Source: Gemmatimonadales bacterium (lineage in GTDB: Bacteria > Gemmatimonadota > Gemmatimonadetes > Gemmatimonadales > GWC2-71-9). From it: a stretch of DNA of 64,000 nt. The notes beneath the pieces are model-generated. The model was not told where the DNA came from and made no database searches. It was given only the letters and a program-made list of their open reading frames with translations. The stretch lies in the NCBI GenBank assembly GCA_037189525.1, contig JBBCJC010000002.1, forward strand, positions 194,286 to 258,285. Reading direction: 5' to 3'. The translations under genes and the position numbers were made by a program. How positions within the stretch are numbered: the stretch's first letter is position 1; each line of letters starts with the position of its first letter. Of the stretch, positions 38,813-48,494 are shown piece after piece.

Positions 38813-39148
38813 TTAGGTGTTGTCCTTGATCGTGGTAGACGTGCCGTTGGTCTTGACCGAACTGATTCCGCCTTCACACGAATCGGCGGAGGCATACATC
38901 TGACTGGTACCGATCACCTGGGAATTGGCAGCCTTCAAGTTGAAGTAAAACTTGCCGTTGGAGGCCGTGTTGCGCTCGTAACGCTCATCGGCGCCACAGT
39001 TGGACTGCACCGACGCAATCCCGTTTTGCGCCGACGCCTTGGCCTTGTACAGCTCGCTGTTGAGGATGACCTCGCCGTTTCCGGCCTTCAAGACGAACTT
39101 GAATTGTCCATCGGCACTCGTTGCCAATTCATACCATCCAGCCATCAT
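38813..39148 (-). CDS. YegP/DUF1508 tandem-domain protein
   Basis: 111 aa. It has two repeats of the F.F.LKA.NG.VI..S..Y.....A..GI.SV pattern: QFKFVLKAGNGEVILNSELY...AQNGIASVQSN and KFYFNLKAANSQVIGTSQMY...CEGGISSVKTN. Confidence 0.85.
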   Translation of the reverse strand: MMAGWYELATSADGQFKFVLKAGNGEVILNSELYKAKASAQNGIASVQSNCGADERYERNTASNGKFYFNLKAANSQVIGTSQMYASADSCEGGISSVKTNGTSTTIKDNT

Positions 39149-39321
39149 TTGCCTCCTCTGGGTCGATTAGCACCTGCTGTAGATATCGGCACATCATGGC
39201 TCACGCCAGGCAAGCCGGTACCGATGTGATAGGATAGCCCCCAATCATAGTCACCTCGAAGCCGCCGAGCCTGTATCTTACGAGCCCCGCGACTTCACTC
39301 GAGCCCAATCCAGGTCAGAAG

Positions 39322-41391
39322 ATGCCCATCTTCCCTTTGCTCATTGCCCTGTCTGCCACACTCGGCGCAGGAACGCCGCCGTCAGCCCCGATGGTTCCCG
39401 TCTCCGTCGGCTGGCACGATCCGGCAGTCTCCCCTGATGGAACCCGGATTGCCGCAGCGCTGTCGGGCCGGATCTGGATGGTCCCGATCGCAGGCGGCAA
39501 GGCCGAGCCGGTCACGAGCGGATCGGGCTGGGATCAGCATCCGGCCTGGTCGCCGGACGGACGGTTCCTCGCCTATGCGCACCAGCGTCCCGGCCGCGCC
39601 GAGTTGATCGTGCGGACCCTGGAAACGGGAGCGGAACGGACTGTCTACTCGACCGAGAACGGCCGCATCGTGGGCCAGATCGCCTGGCGCGGCGTCGACG
39701 GCGAACTGGTCTTCGTCCTCGAAACCCACCAATTCATGGCCCACCTCTGGTCGATCTCGCTGCGCGCCGACAGCAAGCCCAAGCAGATCACCCACGGCAC
39801 CGGGCAGGCCGAGTGGTCGTTTGCGTTGTCGCCGGACGGGAAAGAAGCGGTGGTGGAGTGGGTGCAGTACGGACCAACCGACCTCTTCAAGGTCACCCTC
39901 GACAGCGCCCGATCGACCCGGATTACCGAAACGACGGGTGAAGAGTTCACGCCCACCTGGACCCGTGACGGCCGGCAGCTCGTCTACATCCGGCGCGATG
40001 ACGGCGTCGACAAAGTCATCATGCGCGACGTGGCCGACGGCACCGAGCGGATCGTGTTCGAGAGCCCCTTCGACGGCAAACAGCTCTCGCTCCTCCCCGA
40101 CGGCCGCTCGGCCGTGATGGTAGCGGGGCGACGGTTGCATCGCCTCGATCTGACCACCGGCAAAGCAACACCGATCGCCGCCGACGCATCGCTGCCGGCC
40201 GCGCCGACGCCGGGTGACCTGCTGCTCACCAACGTCAGGCTGTGGGACGGCACCGGCGCCCCGGTGCGCAACGACGCCTGGGTGCAAGTCACAGCAGGGC
40301 GCATCACCGCGGTAGGATCGGGACCTGCGCCAGCTGCGGACGGCGTACCTTCGATCGACGGCGGCGGCAAGTTCCTGATGCCCGGACTCGTCGACAACCA
40401 TTTCCACTATTGGCGTCACTGGCTCTTCGACGGCGCCCGCCGGCTGGCCCAGGGCATCACCACCGCGCGCGACCCGGGTACCGAGCTGTCGGAGGCGCTC
40501 AACATTCGTGATGCGATCCGGCAGGGCGTGCTGGTCGGGCCCGACATGTTCACCACCGGTCCGTTGATCGACGGACTCTGCGGTTTTCACCCGATGGTCG
40601 ACGTGCTGATCGACAGCCCCGCGGCAGGACCGGCATTGGTCCGGGCCCTCAAGGCCGCGGGCGTCGATGCCATCAAGGTGTATCACTGCCTCTCGCCCGA
40701 GGTGCTCGAGCCGATCGTCAAGGAAGCCCGCCGGCTGGGCCTGCCCGTCACCGGCGATCTCGGCAATCGGACCCACTGGAACACGGCCATCGCCGCCGGT
40801 GTCACCGGACTCAACCACGCCTACACCTATCGTGGCGCGTATCTCGACCCGCGCTATCAGGTCTTCCAGACGGGTGACCTCTCGCAGATCATGTTCGCCC
40901 GCTTCCGTCTGCAGGGGAACATTCCGATCGATCCCGATCGGCCCGAGGTCGATTCGGTCCTGGCCACCATGGTCCGCAACGGCGTCGCCTTCGATCCCAC
41001 CATCAATGTCTTTGCCGTCAGCGACTCGGCGCGGCGCGCGCTTGGTGTGGAGGAAGGGATCCGCGCCGATCAGCGCTGGCAGAACATGGCGCGGTTCGTC
41101 AAGAAAGCGGTCGATGCGGGAGTGATGCTGATGGCCGGGACGGATGCGAACTCGCTCAGCGCCGAGCTGGAACACTACGAGAAGATCGGAGTGCCACGCA
41201 CCATCATCTTGCAGTCGGCGACGGTCAATGGCGCCAAGTGGCTGGGCAAGGAAGCGGATTTCGGGACCATCGCACCCGGGCGTAAGGCGCACCTCCTCCT
41301 CGTCGACGGCGATCCGCTCACGGCCATCAAAGCAATCCGCGATGTCGAGTTGGTGGTGAAAGACGGCCGGGTGGCCTTCCGACGCCAGTAG
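39322..41391 (+). CDS. TolB-like beta-propeller + amidohydrolase fusion protein (paralog of 33407..36625)
   Basis: 689 aa. It has VSPDGTRIAA, WSPDGRFLAY, LSPDGKEAVV blades, then MPGLVDNHFHY and a C-terminal ...AHLLLVDGDPL. Confidence 0.85.
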   Translation: MPIFPLLIALSATLGAGTPPSAPMVPVSVGWHDPAVSPDGTRIAAALSGRIWMVPIAGGKAEPVTSGSGWDQHPAWSPDGRFLAYAHQRPGRAELIVRTLETGAERTVYSTENGRIVGQIAWRGVDGELVFVLETHQFMAHLWSISLRADSKPKQITHGTGQAEWSFALSPDGKEAVVEWVQYGPTDLFKVTLDSARSTRITETTGEEFTPTWTRDGRQLVYIRRDDGVDKVIMRDVADGTERIVFESPFDGKQLSLLPDGRSAVMVAGRRLHRLDLTTGKATPIAADASLPAAPTPGDLLLTNVRLWDGTGAPVRNDAWVQVTAGRITAVGSGPAPAADGVPSIDGGGKFLMPGLVDNHFHYWRHWLFDGARRLAQGITTARDPGTELSEALNIRDAIRQGVLVGPDMFTTGPLIDGLCGFHPMVDVLIDSPAAGPALVRALKAAGVDAIKVYHCLSPEVLEPIVKEARRLGLPVTGDLGNRTHWNTAIAAGVTGLNHAYTYRGAYLDPRYQVFQTGDLSQIMFARFRLQGNIPIDPDRPEVDSVLATMVRNGVAFDPTINVFAVSDSARRALGVEEGIRADQRWQNMARFVKKAVDAGVMLMAGTDANSLSAELEHYEKIGVPRTIILQSATVNGAKWLGKEADFGTIAPGRKAHLLLVDGDPLTAIKAIRDVELVVKDGRVAFRRQ

Positions 41392-41402
41392 GTTCGATAC
41401 AA

Positions 41403-41443
41403 TACCGGGAAAATACCGCACGGCAAGCGGAATTTTCCCGGTA
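41403..41443. terminator. Long hairpin between convergent genes
   Basis: TACCGGGAAAAT (41403..41414) pairs perfectly with ATTTTCCCGGTA (41432..41443). The inner CCGC/GCGG extends the stem to about 16 bp with one A-A mismatch. Loop is ACGGCAA. Confidence 0.55.
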
Positions 41444-41505
41444 CTCTGTTGTGCCAACCGACTGCCACCGCTGGATTTCCCGCCACCCTTACCGACGCGG
41501 ACGGC

Positions 41506-42324
41506 TCAGGCCAAGCAGGACATTTCGCGTCGATAGCGCGCCGGCGTCACGCCGAGGGCGGCGCGAAAGTGTCGGCTCAGGTGGCTCTGATCGACGAAGC
41601 CGACCAGGTAGGCCGTGGCCGAGGGTGTTCGTCCCTCAGCAAGCAGCGCCTTGGCCCGCTCGATGCGGAGATGCGTCTGGTACGCATGAGGCGGCAGTCC
41701 CACCGAGCGGCGGAACGTGCGATTGAGATAGGCGGGGTGGAGGTCGACCAGCGCGGCAAGCGCTTCGAGTGAGACGTTCTCGCGCAGGTGCGACTCCAGG
41801 TACGCCTTGGCCCTTTGCACGGCGCGCGGCTCCCGTCCGGTGCCGCCATCGCTACCGAAGCACAGATGGCGTCCCTCCAGGAGCTCGAGCAACGTGAGCA
41901 CGGCCTGCTCTCGTTCGAGCCGGGATGCGGCGCTCTCGATGCCGTCACAGATGCATTGCACCGCCCGGACCGCCTCGGCGTCCGATGCGACGTGGCGGAT
42001 CAGACGGAGCCTGCTCAGGTCGGCGCCATAGACCGCCGCGATGAGACGCGCTTCGAGATACAGCATTCGATATCGCACCGCTGTGCCCGAGGCGAGGTAT
42101 CCGGTGTGCGCCTGTCCCGGCCCGATCAGGGTGAGCGAGCCCGGTCCCGCAAAGTGGATTGCTCCTTGGCACCAAAAGGCGCCATCCCCCTGATCCACGA
42201 TACCGATCGACAGCGAATCGTGGGCGTGGCGGCCATAGACGTGGGACACCAGCACGGCGTCCATCATCTCGAGATGCTCAACGTCGGGTACCCGCCGGAT
42301 GGTGAACTGCTCGCGAATCGTCAC
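41506..42324 (-). CDS. AraC family transcriptional regulator (cupin sensor + HTH)
   Basis: 272 aa. The C-terminal part has LEALAALVDLHPAYLNRTFRRSVGLPPHAYQTHLRIERAKALL...VGFVDQSHLSRHFRAALGVTPARYR. Confidence 0.85.
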   Translation of the reverse strand: MTIREQFTIRRVPDVEHLEMMDAVLVSHVYGRHAHDSLSIGIVDQGDGAFWCQGAIHFAGPGSLTLIGPGQAHTGYLASGTAVRYRMLYLEARLIAAVYGADLSRLRLIRHVASDAEAVRAVQCICDGIESAASRLEREQAVLTLLELLEGRHLCFGSDGGTGREPRAVQRAKAYLESHLRENVSLEALAALVDLHPAYLNRTFRRSVGLPPHAYQTHLRIERAKALLAEGRTPSATAYLVGFVDQSHLSRHFRAALGVTPARYRREMSCLA

Positions 42325-42383
42325 GGAGGTAGGATAGCACGCGCCGCCGTCGTTCCGCCATTGCCGGCGGCGGCGCGGAGATG

Positions 42384-44135
42384 CTACGGAGCCCCGAGTT
42401 CGATGACGGGAAAGATGATGCGCGATAGGCGCCGCCGGTCGTGATAGATCGTCTGCTCGGCAACGCGCCAGACGGTGTCCGTGGCAATCGGATTGCCGGT
42501 ATTCTGATTCGGATTGAAGAACGGCGCGGCGCTGCTCGTCACCTCCAGTCGGATTCGGTGACCCGGCTCGAACGCGTGCGCGAGATCGGAAATCTCGATC
42601 CGATAGCGTTCCACCTGGTTCGGGGTGAGCAGCACCTCACGATCGAGGCCGTTCCGATAGCGGGCGCGAATGATGGCGACGGGATTGACACCCAGCTTGA
42701 GCGCTCGGCCATCCGGCTGAACGTCGAGCAGTTTCACCACGAAATCGGTATCACGGCCGTCGCTCGCGGCAAAGAGTTCCACCGCAACGGTTCCCGCGAT
42801 CGCCACCCGCTCGGTGAGCACCTCGCTGCTGTAGACGAGCACGTCGTGCCGATACTGCCCCGGTCGGTGGTCGCCGGTGCGAAGTAGCAAGGTGTCGGGG
42901 AAGTCGAGACGGACGGGATTCCGCGGATCGTAGCGGAAGCGGTCCGGGCGCTCGTCGGCAGGCCGATCCCACGACAGCACGCCGTCACCCTCCACCGTAT
43001 TCGCGCGCCCGCCGCTCCGCAGGTAGAGCGATCGTTCGCGCGATTCGACCGGCGGATAGGCGCCGAAGGTCTGCCATCGATTGGCGCCCATCACGTAGGT
43101 ACGCGCGCGTGGCCAGTCGGGCGCCGGCGCCGTCCCCTTGAGGCACCAATCGAAGAAGGTCCGATGAATGGCCTTGTTGTCGATCCTCGAATCCGCGGTG
43201 AACTCGAAGCCCGCCTCCCGGAGTGCGCCCCCGGAGAAGGTTTGGCTGTGATTCCACGGCCCGGCAATCAGGAAGTGATGATCGGGGCGAGGATTGTGTG
43301 CCTGGATGCCGCGCCAATAGAAAAGCGCGCCGGCCTGATCACCGTCGAACCATCCCGTCGTTGTGAGAGTCGGAATCGTGATGCCGGCGAAGTCGGCCGG
43401 AGTAAAGAGGATTCGCTGCCAGTAGGCGTCGCGTGTCGGGTGGTTGAGAAACTCACGAAAGAGTCGAATCGGGCGGCCCGTGAGCACCGAGTCCATGGTC
43501 AGAAGCGGACGATGGGAGAACACGGTTTCCCAATCGACTCCCGCGAGATTGCCCTGCTCCTGCCGCAGCGAGCGGCCATAGAGCCAATTCAACGCCCATT
43601 GCAGACCGAAGGCGCCGCCCACGGCGGGGAGTTCGTCGAGATACCGGCCGGCCGGCGCGGTCGGCGCGATGCAGCGGAGGTGCGGCGGATGCGCCCGGGC
43701 GGCGAGCCACTGGACCGTGCCCATGTAGGAAACGCCCATCATGCCGATCCGTCCGTCGGACCAGGACTGCTGCGCCAGCCACTCGATGCTGTCGTAGCCG
43801 TCGTGTTCTTCCTGGAAAAAGAAGTCGAAATCGCCGTCGGAGTCTCCTCTGCCACGGACATCCTGGATCGCAAAGGCGTAACCGGCGGCGGTGAAGTACG
43901 CCGCAAGCTGGGTGGTCATCTCGTTCAGGTTGGCCCGGCCGTAGGGCGTCCGAATCAGGATCAGCGGGTGCTGCCCGCGGTCAGCCGGCAGCCAGACGTC
44001 GGAGACGAGGGTAACCCCGTCGCGCATCGGCGTTCGGAGACCCAGCAGGCGGCTCGTCTGGGCCGCCCCGGTCGAGGTCACGGTCAGGCAGAGCAGAAGA
44101 AAGCAGGCCCATAGAGCGCGAGGGTGAATCCGCAT
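42384..44135 (-). CDS. CocE/NonD family hydrolase (X-Pro dipeptidyl-peptidase S15-like), exported
   Basis: ATG 44135 gives a signal peptide, MRIHPRALWACFLLLCLTVTSTGAAQ; track start 44162 is a TTG. Motifs are RTPYGR, QDVRGRGDSDG and GMMGVSYMG. Confidence 0.85.
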   Translation of the reverse strand: MRIHPRALWACFLLLCLTVTSTGAAQTSRLLGLRTPMRDGVTLVSDVWLPADRGQHPLILIRTPYGRANLNEMTTQLAAYFTAAGYAFAIQDVRGRGDSDGDFDFFFQEEHDGYDSIEWLAQQSWSDGRIGMMGVSYMGTVQWLAARAHPPHLRCIAPTAPAGRYLDELPAVGGAFGLQWALNWLYGRSLRQEQGNLAGVDWETVFSHRPLLTMDSVLTGRPIRLFREFLNHPTRDAYWQRILFTPADFAGITIPTLTTTGWFDGDQAGALFYWRGIQAHNPRPDHHFLIAGPWNHSQTFSGGALREAGFEFTADSRIDNKAIHRTFFDWCLKGTAPAPDWPRARTYVMGANRWQTFGAYPPVESRERSLYLRSGGRANTVEGDGVLSWDRPADERPDRFRYDPRNPVRLDFPDTLLLRTGDHRPGQYRHDVLVYSSEVLTERVAIAGTVAVELFAASDGRDTDFVVKLLDVQPDGRALKLGVNPVAIIRARYRNGLDREVLLTPNQVERYRIEISDLAHAFEPGHRIRLEVTSSAAPFFNPNQNTGNPIATDTVWRVAEQTIYHDRRRLSRIIFPVIELGAP

Positions 44136-44254
44136 CGGTCCAACATCCCGGCTCGGGGCCAAGGGCGTCTAGGATGTTCTTGACCTTCCCCTCCGGGATG
44201 GCGCGATACAGCTACTTTTCGTTCTCACTGCTCCCGATTGCGCTCTCTGATGCG

Positions 44255-46627
44255 ATGAGCCCTCTCGACCGCGTTCCCGCCTCCCTCGCCGAAGCGGACG
44301 GCTCGCTGCTCGGTCACCGGGTCGGCGCCTATCGCATCGTCCGCGAGATCGGCTCCGGCGGAATGGGGTCAGTCTACGAAGGCATCCGCGACGACGACCA
44401 GTTTCAGCACCGTGTCGCCATCAAGGTGATCCGCCGCGGAATGGATACCGGTCGCACCCTGCAGCGCTTCCGCCAGGAACGCCAGATTCTCGCCAGACTG
44501 CAGCACCCGAACATCGCGGCGTTACTGGACGGCGGTGTCACCGACGACAGACGCCCCTACTTCGTGATCGAGTACGTCGAAGGCGCGCCGTTGCTCGAGT
44601 ATTGCGATCAGCGCCGGCTCGGCATTCGTGAGCGAATCGGCCTGCTCCGCCAGTTGGCGTCAGCCGTGCAGAGCGCGCATCAGAATCTGGTCGTTCATCG
44701 CGACCTCAAACCCGGCAACATCCTGGTGACCGCCGCGGGCGATGTCAAACTGCTCGACTTCGGCATTGCCAGGCTGCTGGGTGACTCGACCGAGAGCGGA
44801 ACGCAGACAGATCTCGGCTCGCGCGTCTACACGCCGGAATACGCCAGCCCCGAGCTGATCCGCGGCGAACCGGTCAGCGTCGCAGTCGACGTCTATGCCA
44901 TGGGAGTGCTCAGCTACGAGCTGCTGACGGGAACCCGCCCCTTCCTGCGTGGCGAGCGTGGTCTGGCCGCGCTCGAGCGAGCCATTCTGGAGGACGAGCC
45001 TCGCCGGCCTAGTACTGCCGTCGATGCGCCGGCCGCGGCCGCGCGCGGCGAATCGCTCGCGAGCCTGCGCCGCCGTCTAACCGGTGAACTCGACAACCTG
45101 GTGCTGATGGCGCTCCGGAAGGACCCGTCCCGGCGCTATCCGTCCGTCGCCGCGCTGAGCGACGACCTGCGGCGGTATCTCGACGGCCTTCCCGTCGCTG
45201 CGCAGCCGGATCGCCTGGGCTACCGTGTCCGGAAGTTCATCGGGCGACACCGCACTGTGGTCGGACTGTCGGCGGTCGTCGTCCTGGCACTGATCGGCGC
45301 CATCGTTGTCACCACCGACCAGGCCCGCCGCGCCGATGCCGCGGCACAAACCGCTGAACGGGAGCGTACCCGCACCGCCGCCGTGAATCGGTTCGTGGTC
45401 GAGATGCTGGCCGAGGCGGACCCGGGAACAGCCCGGAGCGCAGTGACGGTAACCGAGGTACTCGATCGCGCCGCGCACGACGCCGGACGGCAGCTGGCCG
45501 CGGAGCCCGAACTGGAGCGCGCCGTCCGCGCCACCTTGGGACAAACCTATCTCAGCCTGGGCCGGTACGACGAAGCCAAGCGGGAGTTTACCCGCGCGCT
45601 CGAACTGGCCACCGCTCGCGACGCGGCAACCGGCGCTCCGATCAGCGACGACGCGGTTGTCGCCCGCAACAACATCGGGACGGTGTTGCAGCAAGCGGGC
45701 GATTGGCGTGGCGCCGACAGCGTTTGGCAGGAGGTCGTCCACGAACTGCAACGGCAGGATCGGCGCGACAGTCTCTATGCTTCCGTGCTCGGCAACCTGG
45801 GCACCGCCCGCAGTCAGCTGGGTCGCGTCGCCGAGGGCGAATCGCTGCAACGTGACGGCGTGGCCATCTGGCGTTCCCTGTCTGGCCGGCACACCGATGA
45901 GCTGGTCACCGCGCTCAACAATCTCGGCGTGAGTCTCGGCCGCCAGCAGCGCTGGACCGCGGCGGAGTCGCTGCACCGGGAGGCGTACGACATTGCCCGG
46001 ACCCGATTGGGTCGCCGCCATGTGCTGACCGCGGCTGCGCTGAATGGGATGGCCGGAGCGCTCGACCTCCAGGACCGTCTGGCCGAGGCCGATACCGCCT
46101 ACCGGGAGGTCCTGGCTATCCGCCGCGAGCTGCTCGGTGTGGATCACCCCGAGTATCTCTTCACCCTGTTCAATTTCGCGGCCTTTCTGACGGTGCAGAA
46201 TCGCTGCGCCGAAGCCATCGTCGTTGCCCGCGACGTGCTGGGCAACCGGGGGAAATCGCTCGCCGAAAGTCATCCGGCGGTTGCCGGCAGCTTGCAGACC
46301 GTCGGGCGCTGTCTCGATCGTCTGCCGGACGGGAATCGAGCCGAGGCCGGGCGGGCGCTGCTCGAAAGCCTCGAACTCCGACGACGCCATCTCCCCGAAG
46401 GTCATTGGCTCATTCGCGTCTCGGAGAGCGTCTACGCCGAGCACCTCGGACTGGTGGGCCGTTTTCGCGAAGGGGAACCGCTCATCGTCGCTGCGTACCA
46501 GGCGCTCCTCGATCAGCTGGGCGCCGAGTCGCCCCGCACGATCGATGCACGGGCCCGCGTCGTCACGTTTTACCAGCGGGCCGGACGCCCGGATCGAGCG
46601 CGCTCCTTCCGAGGACCGCTGCAGTAA
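44255..46627 (+). CDS. Ser/Thr protein kinase with transmembrane segment and C-terminal TPR repeats
   Basis: ATG 44255. Motifs are GSGGMGSVYEG, AIKV, HRDLKPGNILV, DFGIAR and YASPE. A TM helix (VVGLSAVVVLALIGAIVV) is followed by TPR_12-like repeats (LNNLG..., ALNGMA...). Confidence 0.9.
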   Translation: MSPLDRVPASLAEADGSLLGHRVGAYRIVREIGSGGMGSVYEGIRDDDQFQHRVAIKVIRRGMDTGRTLQRFRQERQILARLQHPNIAALLDGGVTDDRRPYFVIEYVEGAPLLEYCDQRRLGIRERIGLLRQLASAVQSAHQNLVVHRDLKPGNILVTAAGDVKLLDFGIARLLGDSTESGTQTDLGSRVYTPEYASPELIRGEPVSVAVDVYAMGVLSYELLTGTRPFLRGERGLAALERAILEDEPRRPSTAVDAPAAAARGESLASLRRRLTGELDNLVLMALRKDPSRRYPSVAALSDDLRRYLDGLPVAAQPDRLGYRVRKFIGRHRTVVGLSAVVVLALIGAIVVTTDQARRADAAAQTAERERTRTAAVNRFVVEMLAEADPGTARSAVTVTEVLDRAAHDAGRQLAAEPELERAVRATLGQTYLSLGRYDEAKREFTRALELATARDAATGAPISDDAVVARNNIGTVLQQAGDWRGADSVWQEVVHELQRQDRRDSLYASVLGNLGTARSQLGRVAEGESLQRDGVAIWRSLSGRHTDELVTALNNLGVSLGRQQRWTAAESLHREAYDIARTRLGRRHVLTAAALNGMAGALDLQDRLAEADTAYREVLAIRRELLGVDHPEYLFTLFNFAAFLTVQNRCAEAIVVARDVLGNRGKSLAESHPAVAGSLQTVGRCLDRLPDGNRAEAGRALLESLELRRRHLPEGHWLIRVSESVYAEHLGLVGRFREGEPLIVAAYQALLDQLGAESPRTIDARARVVTFYQRAGRPDRARSFRGPLQ

Positions 46628-46640
46628 GATTTCGGCGGTG

Positions 46641-48494
46641 CTAGCCTTCCGTTCGACCACCCGATGCGTCGGCTCGGTGCGTGGTATCGAAAACGAGCCG
46701 GCTCGCACCCTCACCGTCACTCACCCGTTTGCAGCGGCCGAGCCAGAGGAGCGACCGGCCGCCAAGCCATCGGGTGTGCTGGAACGCCCGCTCCACCAAC
46801 ACGCCGTCCCGCGGCACTTCCCCGTCTTCGATCCGAAGCGGCGGCTCGCGGGTCACGTCGCCCGCCGGATCACTGCGTAGCAACTGGCCACGCGGATGGA
46901 TCAATTCGGGATCGTCCTGGCCTTCGACGAAGCGGAGGAGCGCGCGCCGCTCCAGTTGCACCGCTCCCGAGCCCGCCGTGCCGCCGGCCGGTACCGCCAC
47001 GAACGGGATCCAGTGGCGCGGCACCGGTGACGCCAGTCGATAGCTGAGCAATGCCTCGGCCGGCGCATCCGGCATGACCTGGCGGAGCGGGTCCTGATTC
47101 GGCTCCCGATAGCGATCGAGCCTATCACCCGAGACACCCTGGACCACGCGCTCCACTCCCCAGACGACGTTGGCCATCTCGTCACGAAAGAGCGCCACCG
47201 CTTCGACCGGTGCGCCCATCTCGACCCGGGGTAAAGCCGGTGGCAGGAACAGCAGATCGCGCAGATAGGCCGGCGCCCCGGGTTCGGTGGCCAGTTCGAA
47301 CATGGACCAGCGCGACCCGTCCGGATTGCGGGACGGCCCGACCGTGATGATCTCGCCGAAGGTGTCGCGTACCGTACAGGAGCGGACCCGCGTGACCGTA
47401 CCGACCGGCAGATCGACGGGGACGAGAAACCAGTCATCGCCGTAGGCCAGGCCAAACTCCACCAGCAGGAGCCGCGTGAGATCGGTGCGGCTGGCCTCGA
47501 GCTGCGCCAGGTTGACGCGGGTATCCTCGAACTCCCAGAACCGGCTGGCCGGCATGCCCGGGTAGCGCACGGCCGACGGCAGCATGGCCGGCTGGGGAGG
47601 CCGCGTCGATTCCGGCGGTGTCGCCGCGCGCCCCAGATCGGGCCCGGCCGCGGCGCGGAAACTGTACCAGTCGAGGCGACCATCGGTGTATTCGTCCGCC
47701 ACGAGGGTGACCGGCCCCGCCTCCATATGCGCACCGAGCGCCAGGCCGTACTCCAGCCGCGCAGGGTTCCAGGCGCCGGTATCCTCGGCGGGATCGGTCA
47801 ATCCACCGTCGTACCACGCCAGCCACCGCATCGCGGCCCGGATCACGGCCGCCCGCCGCGCCGCCGGGATGGCCGGGGCAGCGGGCAAGGTCCCGATGGT
47901 GCCGTCCGCCCGAACCCGCGATCGGAACGACCGGGCCAACGCCGCCCCGTCGAGCACACCGGCGCCGGTCAGTTCGGCCAGCGCCGCACCCTCGGGGTCG
48001 GCCGCCGCATCGGCAGGCCGCTCGATCCGCATCAGGAAGGGTTCGTGCTCCAAATAGCGCGCCGCCATCGCTCCAGCTTGCTCGGCATCGAGGCAGGACA
48101 GAAAATGGAGTCCTGCCTCGACCCGCAGACGCGGGTGGCTCCGCCGCACCGGCTCCTGTTCGATCATGACCTCGAGCGGCAGGTCGAGCGTCGCGTAGTC
48201 GACGGCCGCGGCCGCGGCATCGCGGGCGGGCGGCACACCCGCGTGATAGCGCTCGATCGGCGCCGCCTCGACATCCACCCGGACGTCGATCGGACTCCCG
48301 CCGTCTTCACCGGCCAACTCGAGCATCTGCCACTGTCGCCCGATCAACCAAAGCGGGTCCGCCAGCTGCGCCTGAAGACCGGGACCGAGATCGGGCGTGG
48401 CCGGCACTACCTCGAGCCGCGACCAGGTGGTGATCGAAGGCCGTCCTTGCAGCAGCTCCGCAGCGAGGGTCGCGCCCCGGACGACGAAACTCAT
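46641..48494 (-). CDS. Hypothetical 617-aa protein, fifth gene of the giant-protein operon
   Basis: ATG overlaps the upstream stop (ATGA). It has no signal peptide. Landmarks are DPLWLIGRQWQMLELAGEDGGSPI, RFWEFEDTRVNLAQLEASRTDLTRLLLVEFGLAYGDDWFLVPV and a C-terminal GRCKRVSDGEGASRLVFD. I count one Lys in 617 aa. Confidence 0.8.
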   Translation of the reverse strand: MSFVVRGATLAAELLQGRPSITTWSRLEVVPATPDLGPGLQAQLADPLWLIGRQWQMLELAGEDGGSPIDVRVDVEAAPIERYHAGVPPARDAAAAAVDYATLDLPLEVMIEQEPVRRSHPRLRVEAGLHFLSCLDAEQAGAMAARYLEHEPFLMRIERPADAAADPEGAALAELTGAGVLDGAALARSFRSRVRADGTIGTLPAAPAIPAARRAAVIRAAMRWLAWYDGGLTDPAEDTGAWNPARLEYGLALGAHMEAGPVTLVADEYTDGRLDWYSFRAAAGPDLGRAATPPESTRPPQPAMLPSAVRYPGMPASRFWEFEDTRVNLAQLEASRTDLTRLLLVEFGLAYGDDWFLVPVDLPVGTVTRVRSCTVRDTFGEIITVGPSRNPDGSRWSMFELATEPGAPAYLRDLLFLPPALPRVEMGAPVEAVALFRDEMANVVWGVERVVQGVSGDRLDRYREPNQDPLRQVMPDAPAEALLSYRLASPVPRHWIPFVAVPAGGTAGSGAVQLERRALLRFVEGQDDPELIHPRGQLLRSDPAGDVTREPPLRIEDGEVPRDGVLVERAFQHTRWLGGRSLLWLGRCKRVSDGEGASRLVFDTTHRADASGGRTEG

